In this document: piece by piece, positions 54,586 to 63,062 of the stretch
How positions within the stretch are numbered: the stretch's first letter is position 1
Layout of the letters: each line of letters opens with the position of its first letter
Origin: Candidatus Dormiibacterota bacterium
GTDB taxonomy: Archaea; Thermoproteota; Bathyarchaeia; 40CM-2-53-6
Assembly (NCBI GenBank): GCA_035637535.1
Contig: DASPWZ010000012.1
Span: 4,855 to 68,854, forward strand
DNA length: 64,000 nucleotides
Direction: 5' to 3'
Program-made: the position numbers and the translations under genes
The notes under the pieces: model-generated
Told to the model about the DNA's origin: nothing
The model's database searches: none
The model's input: only the letters and a program-made list of their open reading frames with translations

Positions 54586-56097
54586 CTATTCTGACCGGAA
54601 GTCCATCATGCGCACCTGTAACGATTGAAGATTAACAACGGGCAAGAGCCCCGGCTGCGGCACCAATCCCATACGCTTCTGATAATCAGTCTGCCCCTGC
54701 CACGCCCCACTATTCACAATCGTCGTCCCACGATACACCCCCGACCCAGGCACGTGAATATGTCCTGACTGGAACACGTCCGGAACATGCTCCACGACCA
54801 GCCAATCCTCCATCTCCGGCCCAATAGACGTTGACTTGCCATACTCCGGCGCCAGATGCCTAGCCCGCAACTGATACTCCATGACCTCCACAGGGCGTTG
54901 ATAATCAAAACCCGGCGCCGAACTCAGAATATCCATCAGACTCGTCCCATGAAACAGCAAAAAATCGACCCCCTCCAGACGCACCTCCGAAGGATCACCC
55001 AGCGACACGACCCGCCGGGAATCATAGACAGGACCCGCAAAATCCTTGGTAATAGCAGGCTGTGGCAGCGCCTGTCGGACCGCATCGTGATTTCCCGGAA
55101 TCAGAACCACGTCCATATGTTCCGGGATCTCCCCGACAAGCTTCGCCGCCAACCGATACTGCTCGTAAATGTCAGGGACTTTCAAGTCCACTTCCTGTCG
55201 GGGATACACTCCAATCCCGTCTACGAGATCACCGCCAATCAGAACATATTTGACCCGGTCAGAAACATGCCGCTGCTCTGGACCGCCGACATCCCCCTTC
55301 AACCAGGCCAAGACCCTGCTAAAAGCATCCTCCATGAACACCTTACTCCCGACGTGAACATCCGATATCAGAACCGCATAGACCTCCTCGCTAGCGCGCC
55401 CAGGTTTGTGATCCGGAATCTCTGGCAACACAATATTCTCGGCGACCAGCAACTTCCCGGAACTCTTCCGCGTCTCCAGAAACAGTACTTGATCTCGAGA
55501 AATCCGACGCGCCGTCTGCCAGACTGACGGGTTCGAATCACCCACCAAGACAGTCGCCTCGTCATCATAATCATCGACCGTCAGAAAGATCCGATTCGCC
55601 TTCTCCCGTTTCTCCACCACCATGCAAACAAATCGACCTCTTCCATTCGCCCCTCCAGCCAGAGCGTCAGAGATCGTCCCAGCACTCCTAGTGTCAATCC
55701 TCTGTCGGAATAGGGCACTCATCTTCTCGAAGCGGCTACGGAAGTATCGGAGAAAATCGTCAAGGGCCCCGGTCGTTCCCAGCTTGCCAGTTGGATCGAA
55801 GACCACTTCAAGTCTCGACTCCTGATCCTCGGCAAACCTTCGCCCGTGTCCCAGCCCTTCAACCGGGACAACTGGACCAGCTGCTAGATCCAGCTGTTCA
55901 GCTGCCTTCAAGACTAGATCTGCGCTGATGAAGAGCGGCCTCGGCTGAGCCAAGCTCGCCATTTTCAAGACCTCGTCCACGAGGGGTTTGAGAGAGTCTT
56001 CGCGGCCTTTCTCAACGAGGGTCTTGAAGGCTTCGGATTCCATCTGGAAACCTGCCTCCAGTATGGTCCCTACGGCTCTTCGCATCTCCTCAGACAA
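54586..56097 (-). CDS. DNA polymerase II (PolD) small subunit DP1
   Basis: Calcineurin-like phosphoesterase motifs (ISDVHVGS, GDLVDGIGVYP, IPGNHDA, GHIH) follow an N-terminal helical region and an OB-like region. Confidence 0.85.
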   Translation of the reverse strand: MSEEMRRAVGTILEAGFQMESEAFKTLVEKGREDSLKPLVDEVLKMASLAQPRPLFISADLVLKAAEQLDLAAGPVVPVEGLGHGRRFAEDQESRLEVVFDPTGKLGTTGALDDFLRYFRSRFEKMSALFRQRIDTRSAGTISDALAGGANGRGRFVCMVVEKREKANRIFLTVDDYDDEATVLVGDSNPSVWQTARRISRDQVLFLETRKSSGKLLVAENIVLPEIPDHKPGRASEEVYAVLISDVHVGSKVFMEDAFSRVLAWLKGDVGGPEQRHVSDRVKYVLIGGDLVDGIGVYPRQEVDLKVPDIYEQYRLAAKLVGEIPEHMDVVLIPGNHDAVRQALPQPAITKDFAGPVYDSRRVVSLGDPSEVRLEGVDFLLFHGTSLMDILSSAPGFDYQRPVEVMEYQLRARHLAPEYGKSTSIGPEMEDWLVVEHVPDVFQSGHIHVPGSGVYRGTTIVNSGAWQGQTDYQKRMGLVPQPGLLPVVNLQSLQVRMMDFRSE

Positions 56098-56163
56098 AAG
56101 CCGACCTACCCCGACAGCTAGACCCAGTTGAGGCTTCCAGATTTATGCTGTTGTCGAGGACTG

Positions 56164-57132
56164 TTACCTCGTTATTGTGAGGTCCGAGATGTCGACTGAG
56201 ATCTCGCACATTCTGTTCAGGGCAATCGTGACTGCCACCAAATGATTGACGAGTGGCCTAGCTGAGCCTGCGACTCGCGCCTCAGCCTCAGAAAGCTGCT
56301 TCTTAGTATCTTTGAACCGAGGCCCCACAGATGATGCTAGTTTCAGATCTCGAGAAAGCACCGACCCTACCGCGTCCCGGTACATAGCGTTCACCGAGTT
56401 ACCAATCTTCTCTAGCAATGCTCGTTCTTCTTTTGGGATTGTTACGCCATCTTGCGTATTCTCAGCGATTGTTACTGCGTAGTCGGCGAAGGTTTCGATG
56501 TAGCTTGCGAGTAGTCGAAAGTCGAGGCAGTCAACTGATGAGACCTTGATCTTCTCAAGAAGATACGTGTCGGAAATTGCTGCCCGGACAAGCCGGACTA
56601 GCAGGAAGTACCATCGGTCAACCTCTTCATCTCTCTCAACAACCCCCTTGGCCAGTGCACCGTTGGAGGAGACGAACGCCTGAACTGAATCGAGCTGCAT
56701 AGGCATTGAGAGCATCTCAAGACGGCGTAGGATTCTCTCAGGGTTGAGTAACGAGGGTTCGACGAGGCATTGTAGAACTATTCTCTTCGAATCTTCCTCC
56801 AGGACCTCGAGCCCTACAAGCCGTTTGGTTGTGCGTCTGACTTCTTCTCTAATGTCAGGAGAGAAGCTGTCTTTTGACTGGACCCTGATTATGTCGTAGC
56901 CCAGCAGGTATCTCTCGATAATCTCTCGTCTAACGAATGGAGAAGCATCCAACACTACCTCTAACGGGGCTCTCTCCTCGTCTATCTTAGGCGAGAGCAA
57001 CAGTCTTCCATCTTGCCGTTCTTCATAGGAGACAACGGATCCTGCTCCGAGTCCGACTCGTTTGGCCCATGCTTTCGGAATCGTAACTAGGAAGGTGCCG
57101 TCGGGGGTTCGTTGTAGTTTCCGTAATTCCAA
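56164..57132 (-). CDS. PhoU-domain protein with N-terminal SpoVT/AbrB domain (phosphate-uptake regulator-like)
   Basis: ELRKLQRTPDGTFLVTIPKAWAKRVGL (AbrB-like) followed by two PhoU-type helical repeats. TTG start. Confidence 0.7.
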   Translation of the reverse strand: MELRKLQRTPDGTFLVTIPKAWAKRVGLGAGSVVSYEERQDGRLLLSPKIDEERAPLEVVLDASPFVRREIIERYLLGYDIIRVQSKDSFSPDIREEVRRTTKRLVGLEVLEEDSKRIVLQCLVEPSLLNPERILRRLEMLSMPMQLDSVQAFVSSNGALAKGVVERDEEVDRWYFLLVRLVRAAISDTYLLEKIKVSSVDCLDFRLLASYIETFADYAVTIAENTQDGVTIPKEERALLEKIGNSVNAMYRDAVGSVLSRDLKLASSVGPRFKDTKKQLSEAEARVAGSARPLVNHLVAVTIALNRMCEISVDISDLTITR

Positions 57133-57191
57133 CTAGGATGACCGATCCTCTTGGTATGGCAATGAAGAATTTTAGGGTTTTGCTGAATCTA

Positions 57192-58325
57192 CTATGATGA
57201 GGACGGTAACTCTAGAGGTTCAAGCTTGCTTCCGCCGTTCAGATGCTGGTAGCCCAGCCGGAGGACCTCTTCGGTGTTACGTCCCTTCAGAGCACTGAGA
57301 GTAACTTGAGGTATGCCTGGGAAGACTCTCGAAACGAGCCTCTTGCCTTCTTCGACACGACTCTCGTCAGACTTGTCGATCTTGTTGATGCAGATGAGAA
57401 GCGGAACCTTTGGAGCGATCTGTTTCAAGATCTGGTTCGAAGCCGTAAGCTTCCTGAAGACTATTTCCTCCTCCTCGCTGATGTCAATGAATAGGAGAAT
57501 AAAGTCGGAGTTGGATATCTCACCTAACGTAGTGTTAAAGGCCTTGAGAATTATGGGATGCATGTCTTCGATAAATCCGATGCTGTCGATCAGGATGAAA
57601 CTGAACGCGTCCATTCCGTTGTTATAGTCAACCCTTCGGGCGTATGTTGACAGCGTTGTGAATGGACCCAGTCCAGTGTCTTTGTGCTCCGAAACAACCC
57701 GGTTGAAAAAAGTCGTCTTCCCGCTCTGTGTGTAACCCGCCAGCGCTACTATTGGGAATCCAAGCTCTTTACGATGTTCCCTGAGAGTTGTCTTCTTCGC
57801 GTAGACGTCGCGCAACTCTTTCTCCACATGAGAGATTCTTTTACGTGCACCTCTCTCGTAATCAGCGTACGGGTACTCCCCTGGACCACTCCAGCCGACC
57901 TGTTCTCCGAGGATACCTTTCAATCTCAGAAACTCTTTGCCCCAGGAGAAAGTGTACTTGAGTTTAGCTAGCTCGATTTGCAGTTTCGCCTCTTTCGTCA
58001 TTGCGCGCCGGTCGAAGACCTCTAGGATCAGCATGTTCCGGTCTATGACATTGATGTCAGTTCCGCCTAGAACCTTCTGAATCTTGAAGACCTGGGAGCC
58101 GGGCAGTCTGTTAGCGAACAAGACCGCCTCGATGTGCTTCTCTGATGTTAGCTGTTTGACCTCGTCGAGCTTTCCGGGTCCGATACAGTATGTGTGGTGT
58201 AGGCTCTTCCGGTGTTGAATTACTGTATCGACCACGTCGTAGCCGATGCTCCGGGCCATGGTCTTGACTTCGTCTGCCCTAGATGGAGCGGTGGGCACAA
58301 CGCACTCGACTACAATGGACCGCAC
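57192..58325 (-). CDS. hflX: GTPase HflX
   Basis: HflX N-terminal domain, G1 GYTQSGKTT, G3 DSIGFI and G4 NKID. Confidence 0.8.
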   Translation of the reverse strand: MRSIVVECVVPTAPSRADEVKTMARSIGYDVVDTVIQHRKSLHHTYCIGPGKLDEVKQLTSEKHIEAVLFANRLPGSQVFKIQKVLGGTDINVIDRNMLILEVFDRRAMTKEAKLQIELAKLKYTFSWGKEFLRLKGILGEQVGWSGPGEYPYADYERGARKRISHVEKELRDVYAKKTTLREHRKELGFPIVALAGYTQSGKTTFFNRVVSEHKDTGLGPFTTLSTYARRVDYNNGMDAFSFILIDSIGFIEDMHPIILKAFNTTLGEISNSDFILLFIDISEEEEIVFRKLTASNQILKQIAPKVPLLICINKIDKSDESRVEEGKRLVSRVFPGIPQVTLSALKGRNTEEVLRLGYQHLNGGSKLEPLELPSSS

Positions 58326-58392
58326 TGCAGAAGACCGACTCTCTCTAGAGGGACCGTGCGTTATTTGAACATCCTGTGTCTCAACACTATGC

Positions 58393-58719
58393 TTACTGAA
58401 CTCTGATTTCCACGCCGACAGTGCGCTTGATCAGATCTGCCAGGAGGTCGACCTGAGCCTTGCCCCCCTTGCGTGTGGGAATCGAGACCACCAGGGGAAG
58501 TTCGATCTCTTTCTTGCTCTTTCCCAATCTGTCTTTGATCCAGTTGAAGACAGGCTCTGTCGCAATCACAAGGGAGACGAGTTGTTTCGCTTTGATCTCG
58601 TCAAAGGTCTTTACCGCTTCTTCCTGGGATTTGACGACCCACGTGTTCTTGACTCCGCCGAGTTTGAAGTAGATGCTCGTCTCCTTATCGGCCATGACCC
58701 CAATCTTGCCCATGTCCAT
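58393..58719 (-). CDS. atpF: A/V-type ATP synthase subunit F
   Basis: About 105 aa. KIGVMADKETSIYFKLGGV...EEA...F.E......SLVIATE fits the subunit F pattern. No other ATPase genes are in the window. Confidence 0.6.
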   Translation of the reverse strand: MDMGKIGVMADKETSIYFKLGGVKNTWVVKSQEEAVKTFDEIKAKQLVSLVIATEPVFNWIKDRLGKSKKEIELPLVVSIPTRKGGKAQVDLLADLIKRTVGVEIRVQ

Positions 58720-58722
58720 TTC

Positions 58723-59409
58723 CTACTTGAAGATCCAGCCTGTCTCTCTGGACCAGAAGAGAAGATCTAGATCAGCTAAAGGTATGCTTATCTCTGTTGC
58801 GAATCTTCGCAGTTTCTCTTCAATTTCCAGATAGCGCTTCTTTGTTATGGATACGGGTATCTCTGTGATGACTCCGAGCCGGTCCAAGTTTCGGAGGATG
58901 TGCCTGTCGAGAATAGCGAACCCTTCGCCCAGTCCAATATTCCGCAGAAAATGGCTTGCCTCCTTGTAGCCTAGGCCTTTGACATTTTCGACAAGCCATT
59001 CTCGGAGCTCGAAGGGATTGTAGAAGCTTGAGATCCTCGATTTCAACTGCAACTTGCCATCGTTTGAGAACATGTCCCTAGCTTCAACAATGTATTTCGC
59101 TTTGCTGTCAGAGAACCTAACACTTCTCAAATGTGGCTCAAGCTCCTGAGGCTGGCCTTTGAGAAGCAGAGTTCGCTCTTTGAGAGCGGTGACTGCTTCC
59201 CAGCAGACTTTGGCTGACGACTGAGGCGTTAGAAGACAGAAGCATAATTCCGCAAAAACCTCCTCGTCGTTCCATTCCATTACTTGTCTGAATTCTGCGA
59301 GTCGTTTCTGAATAGCTTCCCTTCTTTCTTGATAGAGCGCCTGCAGCGCCTGGATAGCGCTCTCTTCTCTTACGACCGTCATCTGTGGGCTAGAATTGTT
59401 TGAGAACAT
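58723..59409 (-). CDS. ogg: 8-oxoguanine DNA glycosylase / AP lyase (archaeal Ogg2 type, HhH)
   Basis: VKGLGYKEASHFLRNIGLGEGFAILDRHI contains the HhH motif, catalytic Lys and Asp. Confidence 0.7.
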   Translation of the reverse strand: MFSNNSSPQMTVVREESAIQALQALYQERREAIQKRLAEFRQVMEWNDEEVFAELCFCLLTPQSSAKVCWEAVTALKERTLLLKGQPQELEPHLRSVRFSDSKAKYIVEARDMFSNDGKLQLKSRISSFYNPFELREWLVENVKGLGYKEASHFLRNIGLGEGFAILDRHILRNLDRLGVITEIPVSITKKRYLEIEEKLRRFATEISIPLADLDLLFWSRETGWIFK

Positions 59410-59893
59410 CTTGTTTGTCCATTATGCGTACGCAGTAGAAGCATCGCAGTCTCAAAGGATCCTGTCGTTCTACCAGAAACTTTGGCTCAACCGGCTCCCC
59501 CGCATTGGAAACGCATGCTGGATTCGCACATCTTACTATGCCTCTTATTGATTGTGGAAGTTTGACGCGTGTCTTCTCAGCTACCTCATAGTCGCGTATG
59601 ATGTTGATCGTGGCGCTCGGCGCGATCAAGGCAATCTTGTCCACCTCGCCAGGTTTGAGCTCTCGGTTTTCCACTTTGACAATATCCTTCTTACTGTCTG
59701 CCTTCGATGATACGTTCATTGCTACGCTAACGATATGCCCCTCACCGCCACCGATCCCTAGAATTTTCAGAACATCAAGAGCGTGGCCCGCAGAGATATG
59801 GTCGATAACAGAGCCATTACGGATCTTCTTGACGTAGAGCTCTTTGGCCCCGCTTCCCTTAGACAATCTCAGGATCTCTTGCTGGTCCTTCAC
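59390..59893 (-). CDS. pyrI: Aspartate carbamoyltransferase regulatory subunit
   Basis: KKIRNGSVIDHI and zinc domain CANPACVS...CFYC. The start is uncertain: GTG at 59893, or TTG at 59866. The TTG at 60004 would collide with the divergent gene. Confidence 0.85.
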   Translation of the reverse strand: MKDQQEILRLSKGSGAKELYVKKIRNGSVIDHISAGHALDVLKILGIGGGEGHIVSVAMNVSSKADSKKDIVKVENRELKPGEVDKIALIAPSATINIIRDYEVAEKTRVKLPQSIRGIVRCANPACVSNAGEPVEPKFLVERQDPLRLRCFYCVRIMDKQDVLKQF

Positions 59894-59920
59894 TCTTAAT
59901 TCCTTGCCTGACAAAACGGA

Positions 59921-60346
59921 TTGAACATGACAGTAGAATCCCAGATTGTCAGAATTGCGACCCGGAAGGAAGGTGAGATACTGGACATCACGGATAAGGT
60001 GCAAATGATTGTTGAGAATGGAACCATCAAGAATGGTGTCGCATTCCTCTTTGTACCAGGATCAACCGCTGCCCTGACGACAATCGAGTATGAACCCGGT
60101 CTAATAGCAGACTTACCATCAATGCTTGAAAGAGTCGCCCCCAGAGACGGCTCGTACGAGCACGAGCGGCGATGGCGTGATGGAAACGGTCATTCTCACA
60201 TCAGAGCTTCGCTAATCGGGCCTGATCTATCCGTGCCTTTCGAAGAGAAGAAGTTGATGCTGGGAACCTGGCAGCAGATCGTGTTCATCGAATTTGATGT
60301 TCGACCACGTGATCGAACAATCATCGTCCATTCCATGGGCGAATAG
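59921..60346 (+). CDS. YjbQ/UPF0047 family protein (secondary thiamine-phosphate synthase-like)
   Basis: ILDITDKV, PGSTAALTTIEYEPG, NGHSHIRASLIGP and LGTWQQIVFIEFD. Confidence 0.8.
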   Translation: MNMTVESQIVRIATRKEGEILDITDKVQMIVENGTIKNGVAFLFVPGSTAALTTIEYEPGLIADLPSMLERVAPRDGSYEHERRWRDGNGHSHIRASLIGPDLSVPFEEKKLMLGTWQQIVFIEFDVRPRDRTIIVHSMGE

Positions 60347-60539
60347 ACCACTCCCATACCCCTCTCTTTCCGATGGAAAACACTTGCAGTTGATTCAAAC
60401 GCGGTTCCAAATGATTACTTTGTAGTGGATCATCGTTGATACTATACAGGATAACCTAAATCCACGAAAGCCGCTGATGACCAACTAGAGTAATAACTTC
60501 AACACAATACTCACCCTTCATCTGAATGATTAATCCTTG

Positions 60540-60560
60540 CACTGGAAACTCAGGGGTGGG
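60540..60560 (+). promoter_or_regulatory. ORB-like origin recognition box with G-string
   Basis: CACTGGAAACTCAGGGGTGGG, compared with the archaeal ORB pattern (T)CCAnTGGAAAC-n3-GGGG. Confidence 0.5.
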
Positions 60561-60610
60561 TGTGATGGGTTTAGTTGGTCCAGTCGAAATCCATGTACGA
60601 GAACCCTTAA

Positions 60611-60622
60611 TTCCACTGGAAC
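60611..60622 (+). promoter_or_regulatory. mini-ORB-like palindromic box
   Basis: TTCCACTGGAAC has the TTCCA-n-TGGAA dyad of mini-ORB elements. It lies 38 nt upstream of the cdc6 start. Confidence 0.45.
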
Positions 60623-60659
60623 AAGGACCGCTTGAATCACTCAGAAGTGTTCTCACGGC

Positions 60660-61904
60660 TTGTCGCAGCAAGGACTAGATCTTATCTTTGAACAGGTGCT
60701 CTCTGGCGGACAGATTTTCAAAGACAGGAATCTCCTAAGACACGACTACATGCCGACAAGCCTTCCTCATCGAGAGGAACAGATTCGGCGCCTCGGCTCC
60801 GTCTTGGCACCAGCACTCTCAAAGGAACGAGTCTCCAACATTTTTGCCTACGGAAAGACCGGGACAGGAAAGACGATCGTCGCAAGATTCGTCCTGGACA
60901 GGCTACAAAAGAAGGCGAGAGACTATGGCCGCGCTGTAGACACTAGCTATGTGAATTGTCGGCTTTCAGGCACTAACTACAGAGTCATCGCTGATCTCTG
61001 TCGAGCGCTAGGCCAAGAGGTCCCGTTTACGGGACTCGCTGTAGGAGAGCTGCTGGACCGGTTGAGGGATGCTTTGCATGCGCGGGGATCCGCGTTTCTC
61101 GTCGTTCTCGACGAGATTGATGCTCTGGTCAAGAGGAGTGAGAACGATAGCCTGCTGTACGAATTGACGAGAATCAATGATAGCTTGGACGGCGGATGGA
61201 TTGGAGTTATCGGAATCTCAAACGATCTTCACTTCAAGGATTTCTTGGACCCTCGAGTATTGAGTTCTCTAGGAGAGGAGGAGCTGGTTTTCAAACCATA
61301 TTCGTCCGATGAACTGTACGATATTCTGAGTGATCGCGCCGAGGCCGCGTTTCAGTCCGGCGCTTTAGAGGATGGAGCCTTACGACTCTGCGCCGCCATG
61401 GCCGCGGGCGAGCATGGTGACGCTAGAAGGGCTCTGGATCTTCTAAGAGTGGCCGGCGAGATTGGAGAAAGAGGGAGAGAGAAGGGCATCCTAGAGTCGC
61501 ATGTCCGACTAGCGCAGCAGAAGGTGGAACACGATCGAGTGACGGAGGTGCTGTCCTCGCTCCCGCTTCATTCCAGAATCCTCCTCATCGCCGTCCTACA
61601 TTCAGAGAACGCGCGGAAGGAGAGTCTAGTCACGGGGGATGTATACGAGGTTTACAGGGAATTGTGTGCCGCAGCGGCTGTAGAATCCTTGACTCAGAGG
61701 CGGGTGAGCGGATTGTTGAACGAGCTGGATCTCATGGGAATTGTTAATGCCCGTGTTGTGAGCTTCGGCCGCTACGGGCGGACGAAGAAGATCCGGCTGG
61801 GAGTCGAGCCGCGCGCCATCACGTCGACGTTTGGCAGCGATGGGCTCGTGAGAGGGCTCCTGAATTATGCGCCGAAGAGCCTCCCGAAACAGCACAATCA
61901 CTAG
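60660..61904 (+). CDS. cdc6: Cdc6/Orc1 replication initiator
   Basis: Walker A GKTGTGKT, Walker B LVVLDEID, sensor regions and a C-terminal winged helix. TTG start. Confidence 0.9.
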   Translation: MSQQGLDLIFEQVLSGGQIFKDRNLLRHDYMPTSLPHREEQIRRLGSVLAPALSKERVSNIFAYGKTGTGKTIVARFVLDRLQKKARDYGRAVDTSYVNCRLSGTNYRVIADLCRALGQEVPFTGLAVGELLDRLRDALHARGSAFLVVLDEIDALVKRSENDSLLYELTRINDSLDGGWIGVIGISNDLHFKDFLDPRVLSSLGEEELVFKPYSSDELYDILSDRAEAAFQSGALEDGALRLCAAMAAGEHGDARRALDLLRVAGEIGERGREKGILESHVRLAQQKVEHDRVTEVLSSLPLHSRILLIAVLHSENARKESLVTGDVYEVYRELCAAAAVESLTQRRVSGLLNELDLMGIVNARVVSFGRYGRTKKIRLGVEPRAITSTFGSDGLVRGLLNYAPKSLPKQHNH

Positions 61905-62463
61905 CTGTATCGGGATCGACGATGGACCGTTTCTATCTAGGAGACTAGGCGGTTCCAAGGCTCCACTAGTCGCAGTACAGCTGAAAGGGCCGCATCTTGT
62001 GAAGGCCAGAACTGCATGGATAGGAGTAGACGGATTTGACGCTACGGGTGTGGCGTCGAGAATGCTCAGCTCGCTTCGAGCCCGAGAATCCCCGATCCTG
62101 CTAGCGGGTGCAACATTCGGAGGATTCAACGTTATCAATCCGAGAATGTTACTGAGACAATTCAGAACGTCCACAATCGTTGTAATTGGATCTCGACCCG
62201 ATAACAGAGCTGTGAAACGCGCCCTGGTCAGGCATTTTCCAGACTGGAGGAGAAGATGGCGGATTCTGTCCTCGCTGGGTCCGCTGCATCACGTGCGAAC
62301 AGTCCGGAACGAGGGTCCGCTCTTCTACGAAGCGTTCGGCTGTGGCGACGATGAAGCGAGAGGGATCTTGACAGAGTGGGCATATGTCTCAAGAATTCCA
62401 GAGCCCTTGCGTGTCGCTGGGCTGGTCGCTAGAGGATTGTTTCCCGCGCAACCTCTCGACTAG
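61867..62463 (+). CDS. DUF99/UPF0215 family protein (endonuclease V-like fold)
   Basis: IGIDDGPF and AGATFGGFNVI motifs. The start overlaps the cdc6 3' end by 38 nt. Confidence 0.65.
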   Translation: MRRRASRNSTITSCIGIDDGPFLSRRLGGSKAPLVAVQLKGPHLVKARTAWIGVDGFDATGVASRMLSSLRARESPILLAGATFGGFNVINPRMLLRQFRTSTIVVIGSRPDNRAVKRALVRHFPDWRRRWRILSSLGPLHHVRTVRNEGPLFYEAFGCGDDEARGILTEWAYVSRIPEPLRVAGLVARGLFPAQPLD

Positions 62464-62554
62464 GCTCTAGGTTACAGGAGGCTTTAGTCGTCCTCTGGAG
62501 GCTAGTGTGGACGTTCATCGCAACTGTTCATTGGAGACTCGGGAGGAAAACCGG

Positions 62555-62740
62555 ATGCTTGGAAAAGAGAATTCGAAGGAGAACAAGCTCAACGAGTATT
62601 TCCGCCGGAGATGTTCGAACTATGAACGGTTTCTTTGCGATCGCGTCTGGGAATGCGCATTGTGCGCGCAGCAAGTCGGCAAAGTGGAGACACTGGAATT
62701 GGCTACGGTTACAAAGGTCGAGGGGTTGAGGCGGAGGTGA
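62555..62740 (+). CDS. Small Cys-containing protein, hypothetical
   Basis: The ATG is preceded by GGGAGG at 8-nt spacing. 61 aa with a C-x8-C-x5-C-x2-C pattern. Confidence 0.5.
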   Translation: MLGKENSKENKLNEYFRRRCSNYERFLCDRVWECALCAQQVGKVETLELATVTKVEGLRRR

Positions 62741-62744
62741 GACG

Positions 62745-62972
62745 ATGGAAGTTTTGAGGGAAGAGGAGGTCTTGCAGCTGGAGGAGGATTTGTTGCGCAG
62801 ATTGGAAGAGAAGCTTGCGCCGCTTGTTGAACGCGCCGCAGTGGATGCTGCGAAGATAACAATGCATCAGTTGAGGCTAGATCTGATGAATCACATTAGC
62901 AGGCATGAGGATACGATTCGACGGCTGAAACGGACTGAATCCGCGCTGAACCACATCCCTACGACACGGTAG
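62745..62972 (+). CDS. Small coiled-coil protein, hypothetical
   Basis: The ATG lies 4 nt after the upstream stop and is preceded by GGAGGTGA. The 75-aa protein is heptad-rich (EEVLQLEEDLLRRLEEKL). Confidence 0.5.
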   Translation: MEVLREEEVLQLEEDLLRRLEEKLAPLVERAAVDAAKITMHQLRLDLMNHISRHEDTIRRLKRTESALNHIPTTR

Positions 62973-63062
62973 GGGGTCCCAGGACCCTTCAAGGGGTCTA
63001 GGCCGAGCACGGATTCAAAGACAAACTACTTCCTCGCGCGATCTCTTAACGAGAGGGCATCA

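Larger units (their letters stand above)
60347..60659. other. Putative replication origin (oriC) upstream of cdc6
   Basis: 313-nt non-coding gap directly 5' of cdc6/orc1. It contains ORB-like boxes and an AT-richer core near 60485-60535. Confidence 0.5.

Noticed and set aside
54856-55527. A 223-aa plus-strand ORF lies inside the PolD small-subunit gene. Similar antisense ORFs occur at 12592-12933, 14089-14496, 5918-6283 and 41729-42205.
   Set aside because: These are shadow ORFs opposite strongly supported genes. Their composition is Arg/Pro/Ser-rich and they carry no family motifs.
60456-60671. A 71-aa minus-strand ORF lies in the cdc6 upstream gap.
   Set aside because: It spans the ORB-like boxes, has no RBS or family signal, and the region is better explained as origin and promoter DNA.
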